Counted from the stretch's first letter, positions 13,005 to 25,734 are shown. The stretch is DNA of 64,000 bases from the human T2T-CHM13v2.0 reference genome, Homo sapiens (GCF_009914755.1 NC_060929.1); one strand, 5' to 3'. Numbers and translations: made by a program. Notes: generated from the sequence alone by a model not told the origin.

Positions 13005-13580
13005 TTCTACAAATATTTACAGAGCCCCTACTATATAACAGGCACCATGCTGGGCTCTGTGGAATCAATAATAAGTAGAAAGAATATATGGTTTCTGTCC
13101 TTCCTAGAGCTGGGTCCCTTAGTCTGGTCTAGACAGACATTAATCAAATAACCACTTCCATGGAACTATAATTGTGCTAAACACACCACAGAAGAGGCTC
13201 ACCTGGCTGTGAGAACACATGATGGGAGAATTTGACCAGAACAGAAAGGTTGGGGACAGCGTCCCTGAAGAAACAATGACTGATCTGAGGTCTCTAAACG
13301 AGTTGGAGTTCATTAGGCAAGGAGCCTAACTGGACAGTAGGAGCATTCCAGGCAGTGGGAACAGTATGTGCAAATGCCCTGTGGCCAAAGCTATGCTAGA
13401 CAATGAGATGGACTGGAGGGAGACATAGGTGGCCATGTGATGTAAGATGGGCTATGACGGTGGGCAGTGGCTGCACTGGGTAAGACACTATATCATTTTC
13501 TCTTTGTCTGCAGGTTCCTCAAAGGATTTTAAGTCATATGATTAGGTTTGTATTTTGAAAAAATTACTCTGGCTGCCTAC
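13005..13580 (-). mobile_element. L2 LINE fragment
   Basis: caaatatttacagagcccctactatata...caggcaccatgctggg...gagcattccaggcagtgggaacagtatgtgcaaatgccctgtgg...ttactctggctgc. Confidence 0.75.
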
Positions 13581-13729
13581 AAAATAAAGATTTACAATTT
13601 ATTTATAGATTTATAATTTATAAGAAAAAGATTCCACAGTCCTACTAGAAGAGGAATGGCAAATATATGCCATACTTGTCACAATTCCCTATTCTCATGC
13701 CCAGAGCAGACAGCACTAATCAATTACAG

Positions 13730-13918
13730 CAGAGGTTCTCAAAGTGTGGGCCTCAGACCAGCAGCATCAGCATCACCTGAGAATTTCTTAGGAATGCAAA
13801 TCATCAGACTTCACACCAGACCCCTTGAATGGGAAACTCTAGGGGTAAAAGCCAGCAATCTGTGGCTTAACAAGTCCTCCAGGTGATTCTGATGCACATT
13901 GGAGTTTGAGAAGCACTG
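13730..13918. mobile_element. MER5A hAT-Charlie MITE
   Basis: cagaggttctcaaagtgtgg...cagcagcatcagcatcacctgag...aacaagtcctccaggtgattctgatgcac...gtttgagaagcactg, with TIR-like ends. Confidence 0.9.
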
Positions 13919-14309
13919 GACTATTGTATAACACTTTCCTATGAAGCCCCGTGCAGCATCAAAAACCTCAACACAGCACTCTAGGCCATCACTACTAATA
14001 GAGGCTACTTACACAGAGTGCTGGGCTGGGGCTCCTCAGAGAGGGCTGCACAGACCTAGGTCTGGAATTTGAGAAGCTAAGACCCTGACAAAGACCTAAA
14101 TTTGGGCCAACAGCCAAGTGTGCCAGGAAAGAGAGCTCTGGACCGAGTCTGGAGATCAGGCCTCAAGCCCCTGCTCAGCCCCCTGCTCAGTGGCAGCACA
14201 ACCTTAGGAGCCTCTTCTCCCTTCCAGGTCTCAGTTTCCCCATCTGTGCATTGAAGAAAATTTCTCTGTGCAGCGGCCCATTCTCCTGCAGCCTCCAAGC
14301 CAGGGTGAA

Positions 14310-14440
14310 GCAGATGCACGTGCAGTCCCCGGGGAAAACCCCTATAAATCTGCCTTCCCACAGGGGAGTGGAGCAGGGAGCACAGCAGTAACAGAGATGT
14401 TGCCCAGAGCTTGCAAGAGGCACACATGACTCAGCCCTGC
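14310..14440 (+). promoter_or_regulatory. Candidate enhancer/promoter motif cluster
   Basis: Palindromic E-box TGCACGTGCA (~14316-14325), Rel-like GGGAAAACCC (~14332-14341), TATAAAT (14343-14349) and AP-1/ARE-like TGACTCAGC (14427-14435) within 120 bp. Motifs only. Confidence 0.35.
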
Positions 14441-14739
14441 AAGGAGGCATCCATCACCCTGGGCAGCCAGCGAGGCGGCAGGAGAACCACGGGAGGGACC
14501 GTGTGGGAGTGAGGGAGTGAGGGAAGGAGGAGGCGGGGCTCTTAGCCCCGTTTGCTCTACCACTTTCCCAGACCCGGGACCCATTAACAGACAAGAGGAC
14601 TCTAAGCGCAGAGACAGGGGAAACCTGAGATAAAGAGTTGGGATGAGGGGCAAGGAGTCCAATTCTATGAAACCATTCAGGATGCAAAAAATGTGGCCCT
14701 GAACTACTTACAAATCTCAGGATTTGTAAGTAGTTCCTC

Positions 14740-14892
14740 AGATTACTTGTGAAGTTCAAGCCCATGCCCCTTCCCTCAGGTTAGCCTAGGGTGGGAGAGG
14801 CCCCCGTGACCCCTCCTCCCTAAGCAGGGAGCCCCCACTCCCTAGTGACTTCCCTCCAGCCAGCTTCCCTACAGACTCCCCTGGGATCGCAC
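14740..14892 (+). repeat. 153-bp local direct duplication, copy A (copy B at 16144-16296)
   Basis: Ungapped alignment by eye gives 7 mismatches in 153 bp. Confidence 0.95.
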
Positions 14893-14929
14893 AAATCCTG
14901 AGACTACTCACAAGAATGCCTCCTCCACA

Positions 14930-15430
14930 TCCACACTCATCTGGCTTCTTCTCAGCTCACATGTCACAGCCCAAATGTCACTTTACCAGAAAGGCCTTCC
15001 CTGATGAGCCATCTATCCCCCACCTGCCCGTGACCTTTTCATTGTCCTCATAGCTCAGATCACTCTTTGGAATCCCCCACTGATTTGCTTCCGGGCCTAT
15101 GGTCATCTCCAGCATCCTCCTGGGATGGAAGCTCCCTGAGGGCAGGGGCCTCCCTGTCGTATTCTATCACCTGCCCGTAGAACAGCATTTGGCACAGAGT
15201 GGGTGCTCCACAGAGCTCCCACTTACCATGTGCCAAGAACTATTTGAGATGATTTGCATACATTATTTTATCATGTCCCAACAATCTTGGAAATAGAAGG
15301 TATGATTATTTATCATTTTTCAGATGGAAACACTGAAGACAGAAAGATAAGTGATTTGCTAAAGGTCACACAACCAGGAAGTGGTAGAGTCCCTGTTTGG
15401 GCCTAAATCTGTCTGACCTCAAAGCTCAGA
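14930..15430. mobile_element. L2 3' fragment (+) followed by MIR (-)
   Basis: cagcccaaatgtcactttaccagaaaggccttccctga...ggaagctccctgagggcagggg, then ttttcagatggaaacactgaag...aaggtcacacaacc. Confidence 0.7.
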
Positions 15431-16143
15431 ACATTTGGAATGTAGGAGCAAAGGGGCTATTAGAAATCTTGCAGAGGGCCGAGGGGGTAGTGTTGACCCA
15501 AACCTCCCAAGTTACTGCTAAGGAAGCATCAGCCCAGAACCAGGAGGTCCCTTCTAAAGCTGTTGTTACTTAATTTAGGATTTCTAAAGGGAAGTCCTGC
15601 TTTAACCAGCTGCTGTCCAACTTCTGGAATTTGTTACCCCCAAGGGGTCTTCACAAGCTGAAAATAGAATGGAGTTCAGAAAGGGTTGCACAAAATTAAT
15701 GGATGACAGGTCCCCAGTGGTAATTAAAGGAAGCAAGAGATGCTGGGGGTTTGGGCCTAGACGTTTGAGGTCAGCATCATGCTGGGGACTGCCACGGTCT
15801 CCCCCCAAATGGGTCCCAGGTGCCCCAGCAGAGTGAGCCAAGCCGCAGGCTGGGAAGCAGGGGGGAGGTGAATGATGTCAACGTCCCCACCCACTCTCTG
15901 GCAGGATTTGGCCGCCTGGCTGCTTCCTCCTCCCATCCCCAGGCCCAGCTGGGCTGTCAGGGGTTGCTGACTCACTCACCTGGCCAAGATGGCCAATTTG
16001 CACATGTTCTCAATATTTTCTTTGCTAATTTTTAAAAATAAAATGCTATTTTTGCAAAGTCTTCATTACTTCCTAATTATTCATACTCCTTCCACTTTTT
16101 TGTCTTGTTAAATACAAAACTCAATAATCAGCTCACTTTTCTA

Positions 16144-16296
16144 AGATTACTTGTGAAGTTCAAGCCCATGCCCCTTCCCTCAGGTTAGCCTAGGGTGGGA
16201 GAGGCCCCCATCACCCCTCCTCCCGAAGCATGGAGCCCCCACTCCCTAGTGACTTCCCTCCCGCCAGCTTCCCTACAGACTCCCCTGAGATTGCAC
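16144..16296 (+). repeat. 153-bp local direct duplication, copy B
   Basis: agattacttgtgaagttcaagcccatgccccttccctcaggttagcctagggtgggagaggcccc...acagactcccctgagattgcac matches 14740-14892. Confidence 0.95.
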
Positions 16297-17200
16297 TGCT
16301 TTATTCGACTGTCCTGGCATCCCCACCTCTCCTTATCTTCCCCTCTCCATCCAGAGCTTCTCCCTCTGTGCTCTCTTCACCCACCCCTCCCTTCTCCCTC
16401 CCTTCCTTCCTTCTATCAGTCTATCCACCCTCCTGTGGCCTCCCCCTCTACCTAACCAAATTATTCATCCTCCTCCTCCACCGGCCCCCTCCTTCCCCAG
16501 ACTCCTTTCCTCCCCTATCCTTTACCCTCCCCTCCCCTCCCCTCCCCAACGCAGCACCTTCACACCTGGGAGCTACCCTCAGAGCCTGAAGGGTCTCTCT
16601 CACCCTACCCACCTCCTCCTGAAATATCATCCGCAGGCCTCAGTGATGCTGCACTGCTGGCTGCTCCAGCAGGTGGGTGCTGTGGTTCTCTCCGCTGATA
16701 ATTCATTCCCCCTAGCCCTGCATAATCCTCCTTAAATCAGTTAATCCCTGAAAACTCACTTCTTCAGGCCCAAGAGCAGCAAGGAGGAGCGGGACGGGTC
16801 CCTAGGACTATAAATCCCTAGAGTACTGGGGCCAGGATGCAGTCCCTCTTTCAGCCACGCTGGAGTGTCAGGGATGAGACTAGCAGCTCCCCGCAGATCC
16901 TGCTGACAGGCCAACTTTATGGAAGCCTTGGCAGGGACAGCAGCCCCCTCTTATCCCAGGTAGTGGAGTCTTGTGGCCACCAAGGGGTAGGTGGATATGA
17001 TGGGGGAGTTGCTGCTGGACCTGAGCCCCTTCTTCCAAATAACAGGCACCCCTGGGCTCTCTGGCAGGGGCCTGATTTCTGCCTGGGCTTTTGCTGCTGC
17101 AGTTTCCAATGCTCAGACACCCGCATGTGTGTCCACGTGGCCATGTTCACATGGCACATGCATCCACCTCACACATCTCTACACACTGTATACATCAGAA

Positions 17201-17377
17201 CAGGGCTTCTCAAATTTGGGTGCACCAGAATCACCTAGAAATCCTATTTGAGTGCTAAGCCCCACTTCTTGGGTTTCTGATTCAGTAGGTTTGGGGAGGG
17301 GCCTGAAAATGTGCATTTCAAGCACATCAAGTGCTGCTGATGCTGCTGGCCCGAGTACTACACTCTGAGAACCACTG
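17201..17377. mobile_element. MER5A hAT-Charlie MITE
   Basis: cagggcttctcaaatttgggtgcaccagaatcacct...gtttctgattcagtaggtttgggg...ctctgagaaccactg. Confidence 0.85.
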
Positions 17378-18119
17378 CTCTAGAGATGCCCACATGTGCA
17401 TACACACAAGAGTACACGTTCATGCACAGAAGGTTTTGCAAAATGAGGAGTGAAGCTACTAGGAAGAACTGAAGCTGTGAGCTCAGTTTGGGGATTACTC
17501 AGCCTAAGAACACAAACTCGCAATATCATTTTCTCTCTCGGTCTCTGATTCTTGCTACTTCTCCACGGTCTCTGCATTTCTGTGTATCTCTTTCTCGGTC
17601 CCCCCGTCGCCCAACTCCCTGCAGCCTCCAGGTGTCCTCCCAGCCCCTTTGCACACATGAGCTCATCCATCTCCATCACCCAGCAAGTGAGTGGCAGGCA
17701 GGTGAGAGAGGAAGAATACAGAAGAACAGGCTCAGCTCCCCGCCAACAGGGAGCTCGCTCACCAAGAGAACACAGCCAATTATTCCCCCCGTTCTGGGGG
17801 ATAATCATTAATGCCACAGGAAATTCTAAACAAATGATTAAATCATTACTGGGGAAGACGCAGCAAGCCTGTGCCACCATTAAGCCTCCCTTGTACTGTT
17901 GGTTTTCAGAGAGCTTACCTGGGAAGTGGGGAAGAAAGGGGCAGATGGGCATCATCACAGCCCTGCAGCATCACCAGCAGCCAGTCTGCCAGGGGCCAGC
18001 CCTAGAACCACCTTCCCCTCTCTAAGCTGCACACCCAGCAACTGTCTGAGAGCCCCTCTTGCCCTACCCATGATGAAGACTCTGTTCCTGCAGCCCTTCA
18101 TGATCTCATGCCTCCTGAT

Positions 18120-18330
18120 GAATCCATTTATTCAGTTGACAAACATTTACTGAGCACCTACTATGTGCGAGGCCATAGTCTAGGGACTGGGGATAAAATG
18201 GAGAACAAGACAGATGAGGTCCCCGTCCTTGTGGAGCTCACAATCTAGTGGGGAAGGCAGATCATAAAAGTAAATAAGAAAACAACTAACAAATGTGGCA
18301 AGTGCTCAGGAGGAAACAAACAGGAGACTC
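18120..18330 (-). mobile_element. L2 3' end
   Basis: catttattcagttgacaaacatttactgagcacctactatgtgc...gaacaagacagatgaggtccccgtccttgtggagctcacaatctagtgggg. Confidence 0.85.
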
Positions 18331-18529
18331 AGTGTTTTGAGTGGAGTGTATACTTAGAGGATCTCGGAGTCCCCCTACACTCTAACAAACAGCCTGGCAG
18401 ACCATACCCATCTCTTGGGCCTGCGGATCATGTTTTATACGAACATCTGCAATGTCTGAGCATCCCTCTTCTTATCCTGAATCCCCAATATGCTATCTTT
18501 GGAAAGATAACAAATATCTATCTATAACA

Positions 18530-18750
18530 GCCACTGTTTTTTAGCACTTACTATGTGCCAGGCATTGCACAAAGCAATTTATGGTCATTACATCATTTCA
18601 TCTGCAGAATAATAATAACATTACGAGGTGGGTGTTTTTTAATCCCCATTTTACAGATGAGGAAATGAAGACCTGGAACATTTGAGCCATTTGGCCAGGT
18701 CCTACAACGGGCAACTGAGGGTTCAACTGATGTCTGAGTCCTGAGCTGGG
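18530..18750 (-). mobile_element. MIR SINE
   Basis: agcacttactatgtgccaggcattg...atccccattttacagatgaggaaatgaag. Confidence 0.8.
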
Positions 18751-21659
18751 ACATTTCACCCCTACCTTGTCCTAACTCCCAAGAGAAACATGACAGGGCT
18801 GTGTGAGCTTCTCAAGATCTATTTCAGGGCTAAGAGGTGCAGCTGGGTCCCTGTAGAGATGGGGCTGCATTAGTGTTGTCCAGCCACGGCTGGTTACTGG
18901 CTACTAAAATATAGTAAGTCCAAGTCTCCAAAATGCAGCCCAGAGAGGAAAGCGACTTGATATGGCCAGGGCAGGGTCCCACTCACTTGGGGACCCTAGG
19001 CCAGTCCCCTTTGACTTCCCCAGCCTGTGGGTCTCTGTAAAACCCAGAGAGACCATCAGCCCTATCTCCTGGCTGCCCCTCAGGACCCTGTAGCCTCCAG
19101 AGGGCTCCTCTAAGTGTCCCCACATGCCCTCCACCTCCTGCCCCTGTGGCCAGGCCACACTCCCTAGGGCCAGTGGGGCAGCCTGAGGCAGACAAGACCA
19201 GAGCCTGGGTCTGCGGTGACTAATCGGCTGGTGCTTAGGAGGCCATGGTGAATTATTCACACAGATTCTGTGAATTATTCACGTTGTTATTATTTATTTT
19301 TCAGAGGCGCCTGCGGCAGAGCCTCCAGGCCCATGTTCAAAGGATGATATAACTCCTGACTCCTGATCGCCTTTGTCTGTGGAAAAGGAGTCAGGCCTCT
19401 CTCCAGTCTCACCTGGGAGTCCCAGGGAGCAGGCTGAGGGCAGGGGGCTGCTGCCTTGGGGCAGGCTCCTGCAGGGCCCCAATCCTAACACCAATTAAGA
19501 AGTAATAGTCACCACTTACTGAGTCTTCGCTGTGCCCCAGCACTGTACTCCCCATTGACAGGCTCGAGTGAATGTCACAACTACCGTGCGAACAATACTG
19601 CCAACCCCATTTTACCGATGCTGGGATTGAGGCTCAGAGATGCTGTGGCCCTTGTTCAGGGCCGCCAGTTAATAACTGGGATGCAGGCCCATGTCAGTGG
19701 ACTGTAAAGCCAGCAGCAGCCACATTGCATGTGTCAGTCAACATTGCACCTGACACAGTCCTACGGAATCCCTTTGCTGCCCCAACTTGCCCACCCCCAC
19801 CTGCAAATCATGCTGAGGGCAGGCCACGCCCAGTGCCGCCAATGCTGTCAGACGAGCCAGCTCCTCATCTCCATGGCGACAGGATTCTCAGCAGCCAGAG
19901 CTGAGCTGGATCTGCCTCTGAGGAGTGGAGGTGGCCTTTGCCCATGGAGCCCCCCAGGTGTCTCAGACTCTTAGCAAGTGTGATTCAAGGGCTCCCCTAG
20001 GTGCCCCACAGCTTCACAGAGCTCCCCTGCCTTCCCCCAGACACACACACAGCCCCACTCCTCCCTCACAGAGCTCTGATGGAAGAAGCCATCCCCAGCC
20101 TCCGTTCTGCGCTCCTTCCCATGACTCGCCTGCTGTCTAACCTCCATCCCCCTGGCTGCAGCTTCCTCTCCTCTCAGAATCTTCCTTCCTTTGCCCTCAT
20201 AGCTGCCATCTGGAGGAGACGAGATGGACATGTGGGCTCAGCCCTGGGAAGGCCCTGAGGGCCCCTTATCAAGGTGACCACAGTCTCACAGAGATACCTT
20301 CCTATGGGAGGGTGCCTTTGTCTTCCTGTCACCACATTCATTCATTCATTCAATAAATGCCTACTGGGTGCCCTTATTCAATAAATACCTACTATGTGCC
20401 AGGCATTGTTCCAAGGGCTAGGGAAGTGGACAGCAGCAGCAGGGCTACCTTGTTAGGGCCCCTCCCATCCCATAGGAGCCTGGGCCTGCCTCCCAGCACC
20501 TGTCTATCCTAGCATAAGCAAAATCACAGGCAAACTGGATTTGAGCCTGACTCTTCCAGTCCCTGACTCTGGGTCACCTTGAGCTAGCCGCTCCTCCTCT
20601 CTGCCTTTCCCCTTTTTAAAATAAGGGAGTGAGACCAGAATCTGCTTTCTAAGGACCCGCCAGGCCTGCTTTTCTCAGGTGTCAGTAACTCAATAACTGG
20701 AACAACATAATCATTTCCATCCTACAGCTGTGAAAGTCAGAGCGTTGCACGTGCTTCATCTCAGGTGGACTTAATAACTGTCCCTCTCTTCCCAGCTCTG
20801 TGCATTTTAAAGAGGAGTCTGGGGATGTCTCTGCTGCTAATGGTGGATTTCAGTTGCCAGAGAGGAAAGAAAACAAACATTTGCAGGATGCTTGTGCTTT
20901 CCTTGCAAATGTTCTTTATTAATCTTTGCAGAGGTAGAGTCCACTATCCCCGTTTTACAGGCAAGGAAACTGGGATTCAGGCCACACAACCGGTAAGTAA
21001 CAGGGCTGGGATTTGAACCCAGGCCCAAGACAACACATGCTCTTGCTGCTGTACCCGGCTGACTGAGCTGGGCCCTGGGGATGGCGTGTGGCTTTCTCTT
21101 CCAAAGCCTGTGTTGGAGCTGGAGGGAGGGCAACTAGGTCAGCACCTCTTCCAGGGAGTTGGGTGCCACTGATTTGATTTCTACCTTCTCCACCAACCAA
21201 CAAGCGGACACCTTGGGCCCAGCTTGCTGAGATTCAGGGCCTAGGAAGTCCAGGTTTATATTGACCCCAAAGCAGCCACCTCGGCAGGGTTGGGACTGGA
21301 TTTCCTCTTTATCTCAAAGCACCTGGACTAATTCCAGGTGGGCCGGCAGGTGGGGAGAGACCTTGGAATCTGGAATGCAGGGGCCACACCCATACTCCTG
21401 GCCCAGTCTGGATACCAGCCTGGGCCTTTCCCCAGTGGTCCTAGGGCAGAGTTCTTCAAGTGCAGGTCTTGGATCACCAGCATCTGAATGGGGAGTGGGG
21501 GAGGGGGGCTGCTAATATAACCAGATCCAATTTGCGTATTCCTCTAGACCTCCAGAACTGGGCATGGGGGGATCCTACTCAATATGGCTTCCCCCATTCT
21601 GAGCTTCCCCTAAGCTCAGAAACTGCTGAGCTAACTGCAGAGCCCAGGCTCTGGGACAA

Positions 21660-21810
21660 TCCTGAGTTTGAGCCACTGACTAGTTAGGCAGCCTCTGACC
21701 AGGGTTCACCTCTGACCTCAGTTTCCTCATCTGTAAAATATGGATGATTCCTGTACCCTCCTCACAGCGTTGTTATGAGGATCGTGCTGGACAATGTAGA
21801 TAAAGGGCTG
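21660..21810 (+). mobile_element. MIR SINE
   Basis: cctcagtttcctcatctgtaaaatatggatgatt...gttgttatgaggat. Confidence 0.75.
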
Positions 21811-23349
21811 AAGACACTATAGATAAAGGCCAGTTCAAATTACCATCATCCCTCCCCACTCATTCCATTCCCTTCCAAGCTGATGACCTGGGCCTGGGGC
21901 TGCAGTTCTGGGAATACTGAACTTGTCCAGCAGGTTCTTGGCTTTCAGAGCTGCAGCAGGCAGCTTGCCCTCCAACCACAGTCAGGTGTACCTGTTGGTC
22001 TCTCTCAAGGCTCCAGCTGAAAGCCAGCTCTCCAGACCTTTATCTTGGATAGAATGGAGTGGTATGGCCCTTGCTGGACCCAAGGTCAGACGTAGGGGTC
22101 AGAGAGGGCTGCCTCGTGGTCTCGGGGACAGAAGATCTTGGGCCAGGCTTGTGATCTGAGACCTGAGAAGTGGCATGGCTGCTGGGGCAGCTACCATTTA
22201 GGGAGAACCCGAGTCCCAGGCAGCTTACATCCCCTATCACACCCCTGGCTGGGGTAAATACTGTTATTGGTTCTGTCTACCGATAACAAACCCAAGGCTC
22301 CGTCTTGTGCCTAAAGTCATTGAGCTGGTAAGTGGGAAAGCTGAGATCTGAACCCAGATCTGCATGATTCCAAGGTTCCTGTAGTGCCCAGTATGTGACA
22401 CCACCTCCCTAAAGCATCATCATGATCGTTGAGCACTTGGTGAGGGCCGGGTTGTGAGCTAAGCACTCTATATGTTTTTTCTCTTTTAACCTCCACAGTC
22501 GCTCTCTAAGATAGATACTATTATTATTGTTCCCATCTTACAGGGAGGGAAATCACCAGGCAGAAAGGCTAAGGACCTAAAGTAACTTAGCTTGGCTCTT
22601 TCACTATTACATCCGGGGTCTGGGGGAAGTAACTTTCCCAATTATTAATCTTCCATGATGATGCTTTACCTCCAAGTACCCCTCTGCCTCACCCATGTCT
22701 GCAACCGTTACTTCTTTTGGGGGGGTCTCCTTACCCCACCCATGCTCCCATTCTGGCTCCTCTGAACCTGAGTGCAGGATTGCAGATGTAGGCCCCACTC
22801 CCACCTCCAAACAACAAACTGCCCTTCCCACTGCCTCCAGGCCCACTGGGAATCTGCCCCTAATTGCATCTCAGGCTGGGAGGCTATTAGCCTGTGATTG
22901 CATCCCCAGTGCCTGCCTTGCCCCCCGGGTCTTCACTGTCAGCTTCCACAGGGGTTTGAGATGACGTCAACAACCCCCAATCCCAGGGCCTGGCCAGCTC
23001 TGCTCCCCAACACCCCCACCATCCAGTTCTAGGTGGGCTCCTCCAGGGAGCTGGGCCTTTTCACTGTGGGCCAGCCAAGAACATGGGCCTGAGGAGGGTG
23101 CCCAGCCATGAATCACAGCACACGCATGTCTGCACACACATCACTGGCCCTGCTGCTGCGGGATCCTCCCACTGAACCTCTCCCCACTGCAACCCCTCTA
23201 CACCTCCTGCCATCTGCCTCCCCTCCACCATGGGAGGACAAGGGTCTGGGGTTAGGACTCCTGGGTTCTTTTCCTGGTTCAGATACTCCCTCTGTATGAC
23301 CTTGGCCAAGTCCCTTCCACTGTCTGGGCCTCAAAAATAGAGAATTCTT

Positions 23350-23481
23350 CCAGGCGTGGGGGCACATGCCTGTAGTCCTAGCTATTTGGGAGGCAGAGGC
23401 AGGAGGGTCGCTTGAGTCTAGGAGTTCAAGGCAAGCCTGGGCAACATAGTGAGACTCTCTCTTTTAAAAAAAAAAAAAAAA
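23350..23481 (+). mobile_element. FLAM (free left Alu monomer)
   Basis: Single ~130-bp Alu monomer with poly(A): caggcgtgggggcacatgcctgtagtcctagct...gcctgggcaacatagtgagactc. Confidence 0.85.
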
Positions 23482-25189
23482 GTGAGGGGGATTGGGATTC
23501 GTTTCAGTTTTCTCTATGCTTCTACTAGCAGAAAAGAAAGATTACCATTGGGTAATTCCTGGGGTTTTCTTCCACCAATATCTAATGAGTCCTAGGCACC
23601 ATGCCAGGCATTAAGGATTCTAGCAAGGCAAGTTCCTGCCCTGAGAGTTACAACACAAAGTGATCAGGGCTAGGATGGAGGAAGCACAGGCAATGACAGT
23701 AGGGGTTGGGGGTGCCAGCAGTGGCCCTGGGGTACCTACCCAAAGGAGAAACGTTATCTAGCTTGGAGGTATAGTCTGAGAAAGCTTTCTAGTTTCTGAG
23801 ACCTAAAGGATGAGGAAGAATTAGCCATATAAACAAGGATAAGGTGTGGGGCTGGACATGGAGAATGTTCTAAGCAGAAGGAACAGGACTGAGAAGAAGC
23901 CTGGAGGCTTTGGTGTCAAGAGCAGAGGCTGGAGGGTCGACAGAGGCTGGCTTGAGAGCTTGGACTTTATTCTGAGGGCATTGAAGAACTACAGAAAGAT
24001 TTTAGGTAGGAGGGTGATAGGGCTGCCGTTTGGAGGGAGGATTGGGGCCCAGAGAGGAGAGAGAGAGAGACCTTCAGGGAGGCTACCAACCATCTGTCTT
24101 ACCTCCCCCAAGTGTGGGAACAGTCCCTCCTGTCTGTCTGTGTTAGAAGGGGAGGCTAGGCTTTGCTTCCTCTCCTTTCCCTCTACACCCCCACACTTCC
24201 CTCTCCTAAAGCTTACACACACACACACTCTCATACACATGTGCGTGCATACACACATGACCTGCTGCAGATCCTCTGGAGGGGAAAGGGCAGAGGTGGC
24301 TTTGGGGAGGCGACACAGAGCCATCTGCCCCAAGGGAGCTAGAAGAGAAGGGGTCTGGAGGTTTGATACCCAACTGAAGCTCCACTAGGGAGAGCACACT
24401 CCCTGCCACTTGGTGCAGTGACACCTTTCCCTTCTCCCCTCTACCCTAACAGGTTAATCCCATCCTGAGCCACGGAAACTGGAGCTGGGAGTTTCACCAC
24501 CTTATCACCACCAGAGAGCCTCCAAGATCCTCCTTCCCCTCCTTCTCTCTCCTACTTCTCCCACCTCCTCCTTTTTCTCCTAGGTGCGCTCTAACTCCCT
24601 GCCTCCCTTCTACCAGGGCTCATCAGAGCCTGAAACATGCTGTGTGTGCATCTGTGTATGGATGTATGCGTTAGGGGGCATGGTATGTGTGCAAGAAGCA
24701 CAAGGAGGTGCCCACCAGCCACCATCGGGAGATGCGCCAGAGGGCTGTGCAAGGCTGAAAGGGATTTCAGGAGGATTCAGAGATTAGAGAATTAAACATC
24801 CTGCTACAGCCTCCCTTGAGCCTGGAATCCTTGTGGCTCCAGCTGCATAGAGAGCTCAGCCGGGCCAAGCCAGAGTTGCAGGGGATTCCTGGGCTCCTTC
24901 TCTTTACCCTGCCTCCTGCTCCCCAAGGCTCCCTCAAGCCCCTTCCCAGACAGGGACCTGGGCCACAAGACGCCTCCACCCCAGGGTCCAGATGTGCAAA
25001 CCTCCCCTCAACCCATGTGCCTCTTCCAGGCACCCTCCAGGGGTGGAGTGCGCAAGCCAGACTCTTCAGCCAGCAATCATCAGAATTCCAGCCCTGGCCA
25101 CAATCACTCCTGGAAGGCACATGTCCATTTTTCTCCATCTCTGCAGCCCAGGCCCATTGACCTCCTCACTCTCCACCCTCACCCCTCTC

Positions 25190-25660
25190 CCTTCCAGTCC
25201 CTGCACTGAAACCAGGCAGATGTTTCTATAAGAACACCCATGTCACTGCTCTCCTCAGTGTCCTACAGTGGCTCCACACTGCCCTCAGGATAAAAGCCAA
25301 ACTCCTCCACTCTGGCCTCAGCTCCCATTGCACAAGGTCCTGGGGTCCCTGCTTGCTCTCCCCTCCAGGCCTGGGCGCTGATGGTCTCTACTCTCAGAGT
25401 CTCCGTCACTCATTATCTCCAGGCAAATCTCTCTCTGTTCCTCAGGTCTCAATTCAGAAGTCAGCTCCTGTTGGAAGCCTCTGACTACCACTGAGGCACA
25501 CCCTTTATGGGTGTGGGTTGTCATGGCCCCCAGGACTTAGCCTGCCATAGCACTGACCACACTGTACTGTAAATAAATGCCTGCTGAACATATTCAGCCT
25601 CGACACCACTATATCAATAAAAACTCAATCATGTATTCCAAGTGTATGAAGAAAGGAATG
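25190..25660 (+). mobile_element. L2 fragment
   Basis: catgtcactgctctcctcagtgtcctacagtggctcc...ccctcaggataaaagccaaactcct...gaagcctctgactacc. Confidence 0.6.
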
Positions 25661-25734
25661 AGGCAGGAGAGAGGCGGGGTGGCAGTACCGTGCTGCAGAC
25701 TTCAAGTGCCAAAGACACTACTGCATTTATAATA

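Noticed and set aside
20348-20400. 28-bp tandem duplication in an L2 tail
   Set aside because: Ordinary small tandem duplication within a repeat, with no templated insert.
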